From NCBI GenBank assembly GCA_028825115.1, contig JAPKAV010000006.1:259-64258 (forward strand): a stretch of DNA of 64,000 nt, given 5' to 3'. This document shows, in pieces, positions 1 to 10,338 of the stretch. Made by a program: the position numbers and the translations under genes. The DNA comes from Candidatus Nanopelagicales bacterium. GTDB taxonomy: Bacteria; Actinomycetota; Actinomycetes; S36-B12. The notes under the pieces are model-generated. The model was not told the DNA's origin. It saw only the letters and a list, made by a program, of their open reading frames with translations, and made no database searches. Each line of letters starts with the position of its first letter. Positions within the stretch are counted from its first letter, which is position 1.

Positions 1-553
1 GCTTGTCAACCGCAAATTTCTTGCCCGCCGTGGCGACTGCCACCGGGTCGCCTACGCCGTTGCCCGGTTCGGGTGCAAATGTTGGCACTCCGGCTCGCTC
101 TCCCACTACCCGAAGTTGATCAACTGCGTTGGGTCGTTGCAAGTCGGCTGCGACCAATACAGGTGTGTGGCCTTGCGATGCTAGGTGCTTTGCAAGCTTG
201 CCCGCCAGTGTTGTCTTTCCTGCACCTTGAAGTCCGGTAAGAAGAATCACTGTCGGGCCTTGTTTGGCAAAAACTAGTGAGCGCGTTTCTCCCCCGAGGA
301 TCGCTATAAGTTCCTCATTAACGATCTTAATTACCTGTTGAGCAGGATTTAAGGCACCAGACACCTCTGCTGAAAGAGCGCGTTCCTTTATAACAGCGCA
401 AAAGCCTTGAACGACCGAAAGGGCAACATCCGCTTCGAGCAATGCGGTTCGGATCTCTCGAACAGTTGCATCAATATCGGATTCACTGAGCCGACCCTTA
501 CCGCGCAACCCCTTAAATGTGGTCGCCAGCCGATCAGACAACGCTGCAAACAA
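1..553 (-). CDS. ffh: Signal recognition particle protein Ffh, N-terminal part (runs off window start)
   Basis: Manual translation from TTG at 553 (AAGGAG RBS upstream): MFAALSDRLATTFKGLRGKGRLSESDIDATVREIRTALLEADV..., with GLQGAGKTT P-loop. Not in the ORF track because it is truncated. Confidence 0.95.
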   Translation of the reverse strand, partial: MFAALSDRLATTFKGLRGKGRLSESDIDATVREIRTALLEADVALSVVQGFCAVIKERALSAEVSGALNPAQQVIKIVNEELIAILGGETRSLVFAKQGPTVILLTGLQGAGKTTLAGKLAKHLASQGHTPVLVAADLQRPNAVDQLRVVGERAGVPTFAPEPGNGVGDPVAVATAGKKFAVDK

Positions 554-620
554 AACTGTCTCCTTTACCTCTGGTGCGACCTAGCCAAGCAAATCCTGAA
601 CCTAGGGTAGCGGTCGCTCC

Positions 621-1637
621 TCAGAGCAAGGGCTCGAGTTCTCGCTCCAGCACCCTGACAAGTGATTCGGTGTCAGAAATGTCGAGTTCTCCCCCGTCCG
701 CTCGTTTTATAAAAAAAGCATCGACCGTATCAACCCCCAGTGTCGAAATCTTTGCCCCCGTTACCGCGATCCCTTCTCGTGCGATGCAACTCGCAACCCG
801 ATACAGCAATGCAGGTGCATCATGGGCACGCACATCCAAAACTACCTGTGATTCGGAAACACGATGAATTCTCACTTGGGCAGTGGCCAACGGGTCCACG
901 GGCTTTCGCGACGCTGCTGACTGCGCCCGCCCAGACAGAGCGCTTTTTAAGTCGAATGTCCCGGCAAGAGTTCGGGTTAAATCGATGTAAAGCGCCTCGT
1001 GAGCGGGCGGTTCCCCAAAAAGTGGACGCACAAACAATTCTGAAATAGCACGTTCTCCAATCGTAGATACTTTTGCCGCACGGACCGCAAGTCGATTCAT
1101 AGCAAGGACCCCCGCCACTATCGCGACCAACCCAATTTGATCGGGGGCACCCACTGTGACTCAATAGCCAAGTTCTTCACGAGTTGTTGCCAGGAACAAC
1201 CCTTGGTGTTCTGCGGCCTTGGCTTGCACCTCAGACATCACCGCATCGCGGGCAATGTGCTCCTCGCCCGCCAAATGTGCTCTCACCCTGCGCGCGAGAT
1301 CGTTCAGCAGACTTTCACGCCACTTTGACCTCAATGATGGTCCCGTAGCTCGGGAATCTGACAGGCTTAATGCTAAAAGCAATTCGAGGGTTCGCGTGTC
1401 TTTAACGGCAACCGCTACGCCCGAGATCACATCCGGGTCATCAAGATCGCGCTTGGTCGCAATGACAGGCAACAAAAGATGGTGCAAAACCAGCCGCTCG
1501 AGGACTTCGGTATCGTGAAGATCAAATCCGATGCGTGGCGCAATTGTGCGAGTCATGCGTGCGCCAATTTTGCTGTTATCCCCTTGTTGACATTTTCCGA
1601 TGTCATGTAACAGTGCGGCGACGAGAAGAAGGTCGGG
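621..1637 (-). pseudogene. glnD: [protein-PII] uridylyltransferase GlnD remnant (HD domain plus two ACT domains; nucleotidyltransferase half missing; in-frame TGA at 1161-1163)
   Basis: One frame from 1637 reads PDLLLVAALLHDIGK...LHHLLLPVIATKRDLDDP...LGY*VTVGAPDQIGL...VLDVRAHDAPALLYRV...STLG. ORFs 1161-1556 and 621-1154 are in the same frame, separated only by a TGA and two codons. Confidence 0.9.
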
Positions 1638-1783
1638 CCCATCACCATCATGAGCATGTTCAAAACAGATTTGGAACGCACCATTCCGCCATAAAAGAAA
1701 GCCAGACCCGGGATCATAAGCTTCACCATCGCAGCGGCGGTTAACATCCAGGCGGTGTCACCTACGTTTAAAGCGGATTCCAT
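1553..1783 (-). pseudogene. amtB: Ammonium transporter N-terminal stub (~49 codons), joined out of frame to glnD sequence
   Basis: GDTAWMLTAAAMVKLMIPGLAFFYGGMVRSKSVLNMLMM is the Amt N-terminus. Similarity ends at ~1638. AGGAG-like RBS upstream. Confidence 0.9.
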
Positions 1784-1876
1784 AGGAGTCCTCCAATCGA
1801 GTGCGAATTTTCCGGCACACTGCCGATCGCGTACCCCAATCTTGGAGCCAGCACATTGCAGAAAAGGAGATAAGAC

Positions 1877-1892
1877 ATTTCACTGATGTGAA
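1877..1892 (-). promoter_or_regulatory. Candidate GlnR box upstream of amtB
   Basis: Minus strand TTCAC-atcagt-GAAAT resembles the actinobacterial GlnR a/b site gTnAc-n6-GaAAc; amtB is a canonical GlnR target. Confidence 0.4.
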
Positions 1893-1942
1893 TGACTGCC
1901 CAGAATATGAACGTTGTATTGATTCAAGGATCGGGACCGCGG

Positions 1943-3136
1943 TCAGCTCAACAGAGCGGAAACAAATTCGTTCACATCAAATGGCGCGAGATCATCAGGG
2001 CCTTCGCCTAGGCCAACAAGCTTCACCGGCACTCCGAGCTCGCGTTGTACCGCCACGACTATCCCACCTTTTGCCGTTCCATCAAGTTTCGTTAGGACAA
2101 TGCCCGTTACGTTAACAACCTCGCTGAAAACTTTGGCCTGAACGAGTCCGTTTTGACCGGTTGTAGCATCAAGTACGAGCAGGACTTCATCAACCGGTGA
2201 TTGCTTCTCGATAACCCGCTCCACTTTTCCAAGCTCATCCATCAGCCCAGTTTTCGTGTGCAACCGGCCAGCCGTGTCGATGACGACCACATCTAATTGA
2301 GCTTGTGTGGCAACCGAACACGCTTCAAATGCCACGCTCGCTGGGTCTCCACCTTCGGGCCCACGCACGACTGCTGCACCGACGCGGTCACCCCAGGTTT
2401 GCAGTTGATCCGCTGCTGCAGCGCGGAACGTGTCTGCCGCCCCCATCAGAACCGTCTGACCTTGTGAAATGAGGACACGAGCCAATTTGCCTACCGTGGT
2501 CGTTTTTCCGGTTCCATTCACACCCACTACCAACACAACGGCAGGGCGATCACCATGATCCGTGTGCACACTGCGGTCAAAATTTGGGTTTAACAGGGTG
2601 ACCAGTTCTTCCCGCAGAGCCAACCGGATGAAGTCTTCACTTAAGTCGTTCGCTTGGGCCAAACGCACTTTGAGCCCCGCGATGAGTTCGGCCGACGCAG
2701 CGACCCCAAGATCTGCACTGAGCAGCGTCGCTTCGATATCGTCCCACGTCTGCTGATCAAGGCTGCCACTGGTCAGTAATCCGAACAGAGAATTACTGAA
2801 AACATTATTTGAACGAGCTAGTCGCGACCGAAGCCGACCAAGTCGCCCAGCAGCAGGTTCGGGAACTTCGACTTCCCAAAGGGCTGGCGCAGTCTCCTCG
2901 GTGCCCGTTGAAGGGTCTGCATGGGTTTTTGGCACGCCAATTGTTTGGTCAGTGTGTTGTTCGGGCTCACCCAGTGCCGGACCGTCGTTCCCCGCCCTGG
3001 GTGGGTCGTCATTTCCCGATTGCGCTTTTAGCGTAGGAACAGATTTTGCTTTGGACCGTGAAAAAGCAACCGCCCCGCCAATGATCAACCCCAGCAGAAT
3101 TATTACCGCAACAATGACAATTGTTAATGCGTCCAT
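1943..3136 (-). CDS. ftsY: SRP receptor FtsY with N-terminal transmembrane anchor
   Basis: GVNGTGKTTT, DTFRAAA, DTAGR, TKLDGTAKGG motifs; ATG overlaps the smc stop (TGATG). Confidence 0.97.
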   Translation of the reverse strand: MDALTIVIVAVIILLGLIIGGAVAFSRSKAKSVPTLKAQSGNDDPPRAGNDGPALGEPEQHTDQTIGVPKTHADPSTGTEETAPALWEVEVPEPAAGRLGRLRSRLARSNNVFSNSLFGLLTSGSLDQQTWDDIEATLLSADLGVAASAELIAGLKVRLAQANDLSEDFIRLALREELVTLLNPNFDRSVHTDHGDRPAVVLVVGVNGTGKTTTVGKLARVLISQGQTVLMGAADTFRAAAADQLQTWGDRVGAAVVRGPEGGDPASVAFEACSVATQAQLDVVVIDTAGRLHTKTGLMDELGKVERVIEKQSPVDEVLLVLDATTGQNGLVQAKVFSEVVNVTGIVLTKLDGTAKGGIVVAVQRELGVPVKLVGLGEGPDDLAPFDVNEFVSALLS

Positions 3137-6100
3137 CAAGCGGGTTCTGCCTCACGTAATCGTTGCCCAATAATCTGGGTTACCCCGTCGCCGCGCATGG
3201 ACACGCCGTATAAAGCATCTGCGATTTCCATTGTTCGCTTTTGATGAGTAATGACAATCAGTTGCGATGTTGAACGCAACTCTTCAATAATGTCGATCAG
3301 GCGACCCAAGTTCACGTCGTCGAGGGCAGCTTCGACTTCGTCTAAGACGTAGAACGGTGACGGTCGCGCCTTAAACAGCGCAACGAGGAATGCCACCGCC
3401 GTCAGGGAACGTTCACCACCAGAGAGCAGTGAGAGTCGCTTAATCTTTTTACCCGGTGGGCGAGCCTCAACGTCCACTCCAGTCGTCAACATGTTGTCGG
3501 GATCTGTCAAAACGAGTCGACCCTCGCCTCCAGGGAATAGCCGGGAAAACACCCCCTCAAATTCTCGCGCAATTTCGGTGTACGCCTCCGTAAATACGCG
3601 TTCAACTCGCGCATCGACTTCTTTGACAATGTCGAGTAAGCCATCACGTGTTTTCTTGAGGTCTTCGAGCTGTTCAGTGAGGAACAGCTGCCGTTCCTCC
3701 ATGGCCGAATACTCCTCAAGAGCCAACGGATTGACTTTGCCCAGGAGTGCTAGCTGCTTTTCTGCAACGCGCAAACGCTTTTCCTGATCCTCCCGGACAA
3801 ATGGATACGGCTCCGGCAAAGCGGCGTCGGGGTCTATTTCGTCTCCTGGTGCAGCCGGGCTTGGTGGAACGAGTTGCTCAGGTCCGTATTCGGCAAGGAG
3901 TTCATCTGAAGCGAATCCGAAATCTTCTAAAGCTTTCGTCTCAAGTGATTCGATCCGCATGCGCTGCTCGGCCCGTGCCACTTCGTCGCGGTGCACAGTG
4001 TCCTTCAAGTTTTCTAGCACGTCGACCAAAGTACGAACTTCAGCGCGGACGAAAACTAGCTCCGTGTCACGTTCTTTTTTCAGCGCCTCACCTTGACTGC
4101 GCGACCTCTGCGCAATACCCACGGAAGTTTCGTTGTAGGTGAGCGCTACTCGCGCACCGGCTAACAATGCTTGGGCCACAATCAAAGACGTTGCGCGGCG
4201 TTCGCGGCGTTCTAATGCTGCAATTCGAGCGCTTCGCTCACTTTGAGCATCTCGCTCTAGTGCGGCAGCGCGCTCCCCAATGGCCCTGACTCGCTCTTCG
4301 GCGGTACGGACCGCAAGACGGGAATCAACCACATTGCTTCGCGCTTGGGTCAGTTCACGCTCACATGCCTCTCTTCGATCCTCACCGATGGCAGGGACGT
4401 GCTGTTGTTGCAATGTGTCCAATTGCGCAATGTGGGTGGCCAGCAATTCTCGATCACGCGCGTCCGCCGCCTGGGTGCTGAGCATCGCGGATTCAAGCCG
4501 CTCCGCCTCGGCGAGGGCATTTCGAGAAAGTTGACCGAGAGCGCCTAGCTTTTCGGCGATCGCTGCCAGCTCGGCATCTGATTCATGTAGGAGAGTCAAC
4601 GCTGATTCAACGCGGTGGGCCGCAGCCTCTTGCTCATTTTTTGTGGCAGCCAAATCGAATATCACCCGTTGTAATTCTTGCTCAGTCTGAGCAAGAGCGG
4701 TTTCGCATTCATCAAATGCTGCCTGAACCTCAAGCAAACTAGGACTACTTGAGGAACCACCCTCAATCACACCCGCGTCAATTGAGTCACCTTGGCGGCT
4801 CACTAGGGAGACCCCCAGATTTCTCCTCGCACTCTCACGCATTTCTTCCAGCGAGTCAACCACGACGAAGCGATTAAGCAGTGCGTGTACTTGCGAGGAC
4901 ACCATCGGATCAACCCGAAAACAGTCCACAAGCCAACGGCCTGCGGGTGCTTGCCGATCATGTTGCATAGGGGGTGCGGGAAACTCGGCGACCAGAACAT
5001 TTGATCTGCCCGCCTGTTCAGTCTTCAAAAAGACCAGCGCGTCCATGGCCAAATCAACATTGGAAACAACTACCGCCGATGAAAGATTTCCCAGCGCACT
5101 AGCAACTGCCGCTTCATAGCCGTGTTCGACCTGAATCAACGCACTCAACGTACCAATATACCCGTCGAGCCCGGAGTCGACCAGGGCCGCCGACCCGTCT
5201 TTGCGCTCAAGTCCCAGGGCCAAAGCGTCACGACGAGCGATGCCAGCAGCCTTCTCTCGATCGAGCTTGGCCTCCTGAGCCAATAACTCGCGAAGTTTAG
5301 TGTCTACACCTGCGAGAATCTCCTGTGACGCCTCGTGCTCAGAGTCCAAGCCTTCCTCACCTGCTCCGTGGGAGATCACAGACACCTCCACCTGCTGGAA
5401 TTGCGCTTGTGCTTGTTGACTGCGCTCCTGCGCCTCGCCAATCTGGGAATTCAGTCGCGTGAGTTCTGATTCCCTGGTCTCTAGCCGGGCACCAACGTTG
5501 TCCCGTGCGGCCTTGACATCGTCCTTTTTCTTGACGTGAGCAACCCGCGCACTCTCAATTTCAGCGACGCGTGATACTTCCTGGCTTAGCGCGCGTTCAG
5601 CACCCTGCTCGGCGATCTCTGCCTGCGATAGCGCCTGACCTAACGCCTCAACTTTGCGGGTAAGTTCGAACTCTTGGCTTCGCAGGGACCGCGCTTCGGC
5701 TTCGAGTACTTCTGGTTCACGACCTGACTTTTCCTCTTCCGGTTCCGGAGCAAGGTTTCGCACCTTCTCAACACCGAGTTGGACTAGACCAAGATAACGC
5801 TCGCGCAGGCTGCTCAGAGCGAACCAGGTTTCCTGGTCCTTGATCAGTTCGGGTCCTAACTCTCTCTCAAGTTCCTCGGCATTGTTTTCTCGCTCGCGCA
5901 GGGCCGCAATCTTTGACTCGACTTCACCTTGTCTTTCACGCAAGGCGCTTTCATCTGCCACTTCGGCTTCCAATGCAACCCGCAGTTCAGAAAGGTCATT
6001 CGCCATGAGTCGCAGCCGCGAATCGCGCACATCGCTTTGGATCACCGTGGCACGACGAGCGACCTCTGCCTGACGTCCCAATGGTTTGAGAGCTCGACGC

Positions 6101-6693
6101 AATTCAGCGGTGAGATCGTTTAGACGAGTGAGGTTCGCCTGCATCGAGTCGAGTTTGCGAAGGGCTTTTTCTTTTCGCTTGCGATGCTTGAGGACACCTG
6201 CAGCTTCTTCGATGAATCCTCGGCGATCCTCAGGGGTCGCCTTCAAAATCGAATCAAGTTGCCCTTGGCCGACAATTACATGCATCTCCCGACCGATACC
6301 TGAGTCGCTGAGCAACTCTTGGACGTCGAGTAAGCGGCACTGCTCACCGTTGATCGCGTATTCGGATCCACCATTTCGAAATAATGTTCGCGAGATGGTG
6401 ACTTCAGAGAACTCAATGGGAAGCGCTCCATCTGAGTTGTCGATAGTGACAGCAACCTCTGCCCGACCTAGTGGGGCCCGACCCGAAGTTCCCGAAAAAA
6501 TAACGTCTTCCATTTTGCCGCCGCGTAGCGACTTTGCACCCTGTTCGCCCATGACCCAAGCGAGTGCATCAACAACATTGGATTTACCCGAGCCATTGGG
6601 TCCGACGACGCAGGTGACTCCAGGCTCAAATTGAAGTGTAGTTGCCGATGCAAAAGACTTGAAGCCTTTGAGGGTAAGGGATTTAAGATGCAC
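3136..6693 (-). CDS. smc: Chromosome segregation protein SMC
   Basis: GPNGSGKSN Walker A, long coiled coils, hinge, LSGGE signature, LDEVEAALD Walker B. Confidence 0.98.
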   Translation of the reverse strand: MHLKSLTLKGFKSFASATTLQFEPGVTCVVGPNGSGKSNVVDALAWVMGEQGAKSLRGGKMEDVIFSGTSGRAPLGRAEVAVTIDNSDGALPIEFSEVTISRTLFRNGGSEYAINGEQCRLLDVQELLSDSGIGREMHVIVGQGQLDSILKATPEDRRGFIEEAAGVLKHRKRKEKALRKLDSMQANLTRLNDLTAELRRALKPLGRQAEVARRATVIQSDVRDSRLRLMANDLSELRVALEAEVADESALRERQGEVESKIAALRERENNAEELERELGPELIKDQETWFALSSLRERYLGLVQLGVEKVRNLAPEPEEEKSGREPEVLEAEARSLRSQEFELTRKVEALGQALSQAEIAEQGAERALSQEVSRVAEIESARVAHVKKKDDVKAARDNVGARLETRESELTRLNSQIGEAQERSQQAQAQFQQVEVSVISHGAGEEGLDSEHEASQEILAGVDTKLRELLAQEAKLDREKAAGIARRDALALGLERKDGSAALVDSGLDGYIGTLSALIQVEHGYEAAVASALGNLSSAVVVSNVDLAMDALVFLKTEQAGRSNVLVAEFPAPPMQHDRQAPAGRWLVDCFRVDPMVSSQVHALLNRFVVVDSLEEMRESARRNLGVSLVSRQGDSIDAGVIEGGSSSSPSLLEVQAAFDECETALAQTEQELQRVIFDLAATKNEQEAAAHRVESALTLLHESDAELAAIAEKLGALGQLSRNALAEAERLESAMLSTQAADARDRELLATHIAQLDTLQQQHVPAIGEDRREACERELTQARSNVVDSRLAVRTAEERVRAIGERAAALERDAQSERSARIAALERRERRATSLIVAQALLAGARVALTYNETSVGIAQRSRSQGEALKKERDTELVFVRAEVRTLVDVLENLKDTVHRDEVARAEQRMRIESLETKALEDFGFASDELLAEYGPEQLVPPSPAAPGDEIDPDAALPEPYPFVREDQEKRLRVAEKQLALLGKVNPLALEEYSAMEERQLFLTEQLEDLKKTRDGLLDIVKEVDARVERVFTEAYTEIAREFEGVFSRLFPGGEGRLVLTDPDNMLTTGVDVEARPPGKKIKRLSLLSGGERSLTAVAFLVALFKARPSPFYVLDEVEAALDDVNLGRLIDIIEELRSTSQLIVITHQKRTMEIADALYGVSMRGDGVTQIIGQRLREAEPA

Positions 6694-6795
6694 GGCGCGG
6701 TTTTCATCCTGTCAATCTGACACCTGCCCGGATCGCTCTGGGCCGATGCACAAGGTTATTTATCGTGCCTCACCCTATCGGTGTGCAACCTGAAA

Positions 6796-7644
6796 TTACG
6801 GCAGCGACCACGGAGGCTGACAGGTTGAACAGTGAAAGCTCGACCGATTCATGAACTTACTGCGAATAATTGGATCACCGCATCGATCACAGGGGTGCCC
6901 CTCGCGCCCATAAACTGCTAAAGATCGCGAAAAATAGCCCGACTCTCCATTGACATTGACATACAACGCATCAAAACTCGTACCGCCGGCAACAAGTGCC
7001 TCGCTCATCACGCCAGTAACAGTGGTAACAATTTCTACTGCCGTGCTGCGATCTAGGTGATTGCACGGGGTTCTGCCATCAAGGCCCACCCGCCAGAGAC
7101 ACTCATCCGCGTAAATATTGCCAATGCCAGAAATCAGATGCTGGTCCAGTAATCCCTTCTTGACCTCAATTGAACGCTTTGTGAGCATTTCTGCAAATGC
7201 GTCCACATCAAAAAGTGGGTCAAATGGATCTCTGGCGATCCGCGAAACCGCCACAGGTAGTCCGTCTTGGTCGCGATCACAGATCTGCATTCCCCCGAAC
7301 GTCCGTTGATCCAGGAATTCGAAATAGCGCGGCGGCTCCCCTGCTCGAGTTACGGTCCAATCGACCCGAACATGTGGATGTCCTGAGGGGGAATCGTTGA
7401 TTCGAATCTGCCCACTCATGCCAAGGTGGACCATGAGGACAAAGGGCCGATCCAGTTCAAGCCACATGTATTTACCTCGGCGACACACGCTCTCGATTAC
7501 AGCGCCGTCAAGTTGAACGGCTAAGTCCCCTACATTGCGGCGAGTGGCCCGCTCGTGATGAACACCGACCTTCCTAATGGTGGTACCGACTACCATCGAG
7601 GCTAGGCCTGACCGAACTACCTCAACTTCAGGAAGTTCTGGCAT
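6796..7644 (-). CDS. mutM: Formamidopyrimidine-DNA glycosylase
   Basis: MPELPEVE N-terminus, HLGMSG, GIGNIYADE, C-terminal zinc finger. Confidence 0.97.
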   Translation of the reverse strand: MPELPEVEVVRSGLASMVVGTTIRKVGVHHERATRRNVGDLAVQLDGAVIESVCRRGKYMWLELDRPFVLMVHLGMSGQIRINDSPSGHPHVRVDWTVTRAGEPPRYFEFLDQRTFGGMQICDRDQDGLPVAVSRIARDPFDPLFDVDAFAEMLTKRSIEVKKGLLDQHLISGIGNIYADECLWRVGLDGRTPCNHLDRSTAVEIVTTVTGVMSEALVAGGTSFDALYVNVNGESGYFSRSLAVYGREGHPCDRCGDPIIRSKFMNRSSFHCSTCQPPWSLP

Positions 7645-8356
7645 CGGGGAATCTGTTGATTAATTGGCCATAGGCTTGTTCTGCCGCAAGTTGCTCGGCC
7701 GCCTTCTTTGATCTGCCTACACCTAACCCGAGATCCTCCCCCGCGATCTGGGCGCGCGCTACAAACTCTTTTGCGTGATCTGGGCCCGAGTCACTGATGT
7801 CATAGTGCGGCAAAGGCAGTTCTAGTGCACCGCAGACCTCCTGCAGTGAAGTTTTCCAATCTAAGCCAGCGCCAAGTTCTGACGCAGCCATGATCATGGG
7901 GTCGAAAATACGATGGATGAATTCGGCAGCCAGGTTGATCCCACCGGATAAATAGATCGCACCGATCACCGCCTCCAGAGAGTCGGCCAGAATTGACGTT
8001 TTTTCGTTGCCCCCCGAAGTGACTTCTCCCCGACCTAGGCGCAGGTACTCGCCGAGCCCAAGGCTCCTTGCTACGTCCGCGAGCGCCTGAGCATTAACTA
8101 CCGAAGCCCGCATGCGGGCCAATGACCCTTCGGTGAGTTGAGGAAATTCACGGTAAAGAAAGTCCGTAACAACTACCCCCAGTACTGAGTCTCCCAGAAA
8201 CTCAAGCCTTTCATTTGTAGGGATGCTCCCGTTTTCGTAGGAAAACGAGCGATGAATCAAGGCGAGTTCGAGAAGTTCTCGGTCACATTCACATTCAAGA
8301 ACTGCCATGAGCGAGACAACGGGGTCCGCAGTCGACGGGTTCAGGCGTGGGTCCAT
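7628..8356 (-). CDS. rnc: Ribonuclease III
   Basis: NERLEFLGDSVL signature and C-terminal dsRBD; start placed at ATG 8356 (TATCCT-N6-ATG). Confidence 0.97.
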   Translation of the reverse strand: MDPRLNPSTADPVVSLMAVLECECDRELLELALIHRSFSYENGSIPTNERLEFLGDSVLGVVVTDFLYREFPQLTEGSLARMRASVVNAQALADVARSLGLGEYLRLGRGEVTSGGNEKTSILADSLEAVIGAIYLSGGINLAAEFIHRIFDPMIMAASELGAGLDWKTSLQEVCGALELPLPHYDISDSGPDHAKEFVARAQIAGEDLGLGVGRSKKAAEQLAAEQAYGQLINRFPDARTS

Positions 8357-8400
8357 CACAACAGGATAATGTCAGCTGAAGTCAGATGTGGGAAATGTGA

Positions 8401-8574
8401 CTAAACGTCTAGGACGCGACGCTTTGCATATGTTCCGCACATGGGGCACGCCGTGTGAGCAAGTCGTTTTTCCTTGCAGCGGGTGCAAATCACCAGAGTT
8501 GGCGCTACAGCTTTCCACTGTGACCGTCGATGACGGGTGTTTGATCGCGACATCTTCCGCTTGGGAACTGGCAC
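8401..8574 (-). CDS. rpmF: 50S ribosomal protein L32 (Zn-ribbon form)
   Basis: GTG start after AAAGAGG: (M)[21 protein letters not shown]...CTRC...HTACPMCG. Confidence 0.96.
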   Translation of the reverse strand: MPVPKRKMSRSNTRHRRSQWKAVAPTLVICTRCKEKRLAHTACPMCGTYAKRRVLDV

Positions 8575-8678
8575 TGGATCCTCTTTCACGTAGTGACTGA
8601 GCTACTGGCTTATTTAGTAGCTGAGCTAGTTGCTGGCGCTGTTCTGCGCCCGTGAGTATTGCACTAGAGCCATGTGCA

Positions 8679-9266
8679 CTACTTCAAGGGGTCATTCTTG
8701 GTTAATTCCAGGAGCCCTTCCAAGGCCGCCCACCTGTGATCGGTAGTGGCATGGTCATGGGATGCACCCTCAAGTTTATCTCCACATTGTGGGCAAATCC
8801 CCAGACAGTCTGGGCGGCACAGTGGGGAAAGAGGCAGATCTAGAACAATTGCATCGCGCACCGAGTCGAGCAGATCGACTGCGTCCTCATGCACATAGAA
8901 GAAAGTCAATTCCTCTGAGGCATCTTCAAAGGCTTGTACAACCCGCCCGCGCGAGTCTGTTTCTTCATAGAGAAAAAGCTCGGTGACTCGGGAGTGATCA
9001 GTCCACATGATGGGCTCGAGGCAACGAGCGCACTCAGCTTCCACCTCAAAGTCGAAGTCAAGGTTTACCAGCACTCCATCAAGAACAGATTCAATCCTGA
9101 TCTGCGCAGGCATTTTACTGGCGGGCGCTACTTTCGCCATGCCCACTTCAAGTTCTGGGGGAGCTACAAACTCCAGATCTGCTTCCCACATATTCCCCGG
9201 CCTTCGCGGCAGGTGTGTGAGGGACACGCGAAACGAGCCAGGTTCGATGCCACCCCCTACGGTCAT
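8679..9266 (-). CDS. YceD/DUF177 family protein
   Basis: ECARCL and PLCRPDCLGICPQCG motifs, DHRWAAL tail; directly upstream of rpmF. Confidence 0.92.
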   Translation of the reverse strand: MTVGGGIEPGSFRVSLTHLPRRPGNMWEADLEFVAPPELEVGMAKVAPASKMPAQIRIESVLDGVLVNLDFDFEVEAECARCLEPIMWTDHSRVTELFLYEETDSRGRVVQAFEDASEELTFFYVHEDAVDLLDSVRDAIVLDLPLSPLCRPDCLGICPQCGDKLEGASHDHATTDHRWAALEGLLELTKNDPLK

Positions 9267-9274
9267 GAGGCTCT

Positions 9275-9796
9275 CTAATCCGTTCGAGCGTCAAAAAAAT
9301 CGGACGGTTGCGATCCTTCTGGAGCCAATTCCTGATACATCTGACTCCGCAAACGCTCGCGGCCTCGATCGACGGTTTGCAACGTCTTTTGCAAAGTGAT
9401 TTCAAAAGTCGCCAATTTGGAATCTATGTAGTCGTCGGTCTCGGCCCGCATTTGCTGGGTTTGCCCGGTCGCTTCATCGCGCACAGCATTTGCCTCTTCC
9501 ACCGCCGCGAGGTACACCTCGTGCTCGGATACCAACGTATCGGCTGCCACTCGAGCTTGGGCAAGAATTCGGTCTGCTTCCCGTCTGCCGTCTTGAACAA
9601 CCGCCTCCCGGTCAGCGAGTAGTTCGTCAGCGCGGTAAACGGACTCCGGCATAAGCTGCCGGATTTCCTCAATAACGTCGAGCACTTGCGAACGATTCAG
9701 AATGCATGACGCCGACAAAGGCATCGCTTTTGCCTCTTCCACCAAAACGGTGAGTTCATCGAGTCTTTCCTGAACGTCCACACTTGCTCCTGACAT
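9275..9796 (-). CDS. Coiled-coil DivIVA-like protein (Rv2927c/SepIVA-like)
   Basis: VEEAKAMPLSASCILNR...ETDDYIDSKLATFE pattern; conserved position between coaD and yceD. Confidence 0.75.
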   Translation of the reverse strand: MSGASVDVQERLDELTVLVEEAKAMPLSASCILNRSQVLDVIEEIRQLMPESVYRADELLADREAVVQDGRREADRILAQARVAADTLVSEHEVYLAAVEEANAVRDEATGQTQQMRAETDDYIDSKLATFEITLQKTLQTVDRGRERLRSQMYQELAPEGSQPSDFFDARTD

Positions 9797-9828
9797 TTGA
9801 GAACCTTACTGAAGTGTACTTCTCGAGC

Positions 9829-10329
9829 TCAATTATTGGGGTTAGATTCCATTGTGCTGGATAATTTTCCTTGGAGGCGTTTCAACACGGCTTCGGGTAC
9901 CAGCCCGCCAACATCGCCACCGTGAGTGGCCACGTCCTTGACCAGACTCGAGGATAAATAGCTGTAGAGGGGATTAGTCGAGATGAAACAGGTCTCCACC
10001 TGGGTTAACCGATAATTCATCTGCGCCATTTGAAGCTCGTAATCAAAATCACTCACAGCCCGTAACCCTTTAACAATGGCATTGACTTCATGGTCCTTGC
10101 AGTAGTCCACCAACAGGCCGTAGAAGGAATCCACGGTGACATTGGGTAAATGTGCGGTCGCTTCGGTGAGCATCTCGATTCGCTCCTCAACCGTGAATAA
10201 TGACTCCTTTATTTTATTGATCAGAACGGCGACGATCACTTGATCTGACATGCGAGATGCACGCTCAAAGACATCAAGGTGTCCCATAGTTACGGGGTCA
10301 AATGACCCCGGGCATACCGCAATCCGCAT
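9829..10329 (-). CDS. coaD: Phosphopantetheine adenylyltransferase
   Basis: CPGSFDPVTMGH, KGLRAVSDFDYELQMA, LSSSLVK. Confidence 0.97.
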   Translation of the reverse strand: MRIAVCPGSFDPVTMGHLDVFERASRMSDQVIVAVLINKIKESLFTVEERIEMLTEATAHLPNVTVDSFYGLLVDYCKDHEVNAIVKGLRAVSDFDYELQMAQMNYRLTQVETCFISTNPLYSYLSSSLVKDVATHGGDVGGLVPEAVLKRLQGKLSSTMESNPNN

Positions 10330-10338
10330 CCGCATTCC

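Noticed and set aside
1161-1163. In-frame TGA in glnD as selenocysteine or programmed read-through
   Set aside because: The position is not a catalytic Cys, no SECIS-like hairpin is evident, and the gene is already truncated by deletion.
8600-8622. Hairpin AGCTACT-N9-AGTAGCT upstream of rpmF
   Set aside because: A single short stem without a U tract; not enough to call a terminator or ribosomal leader.
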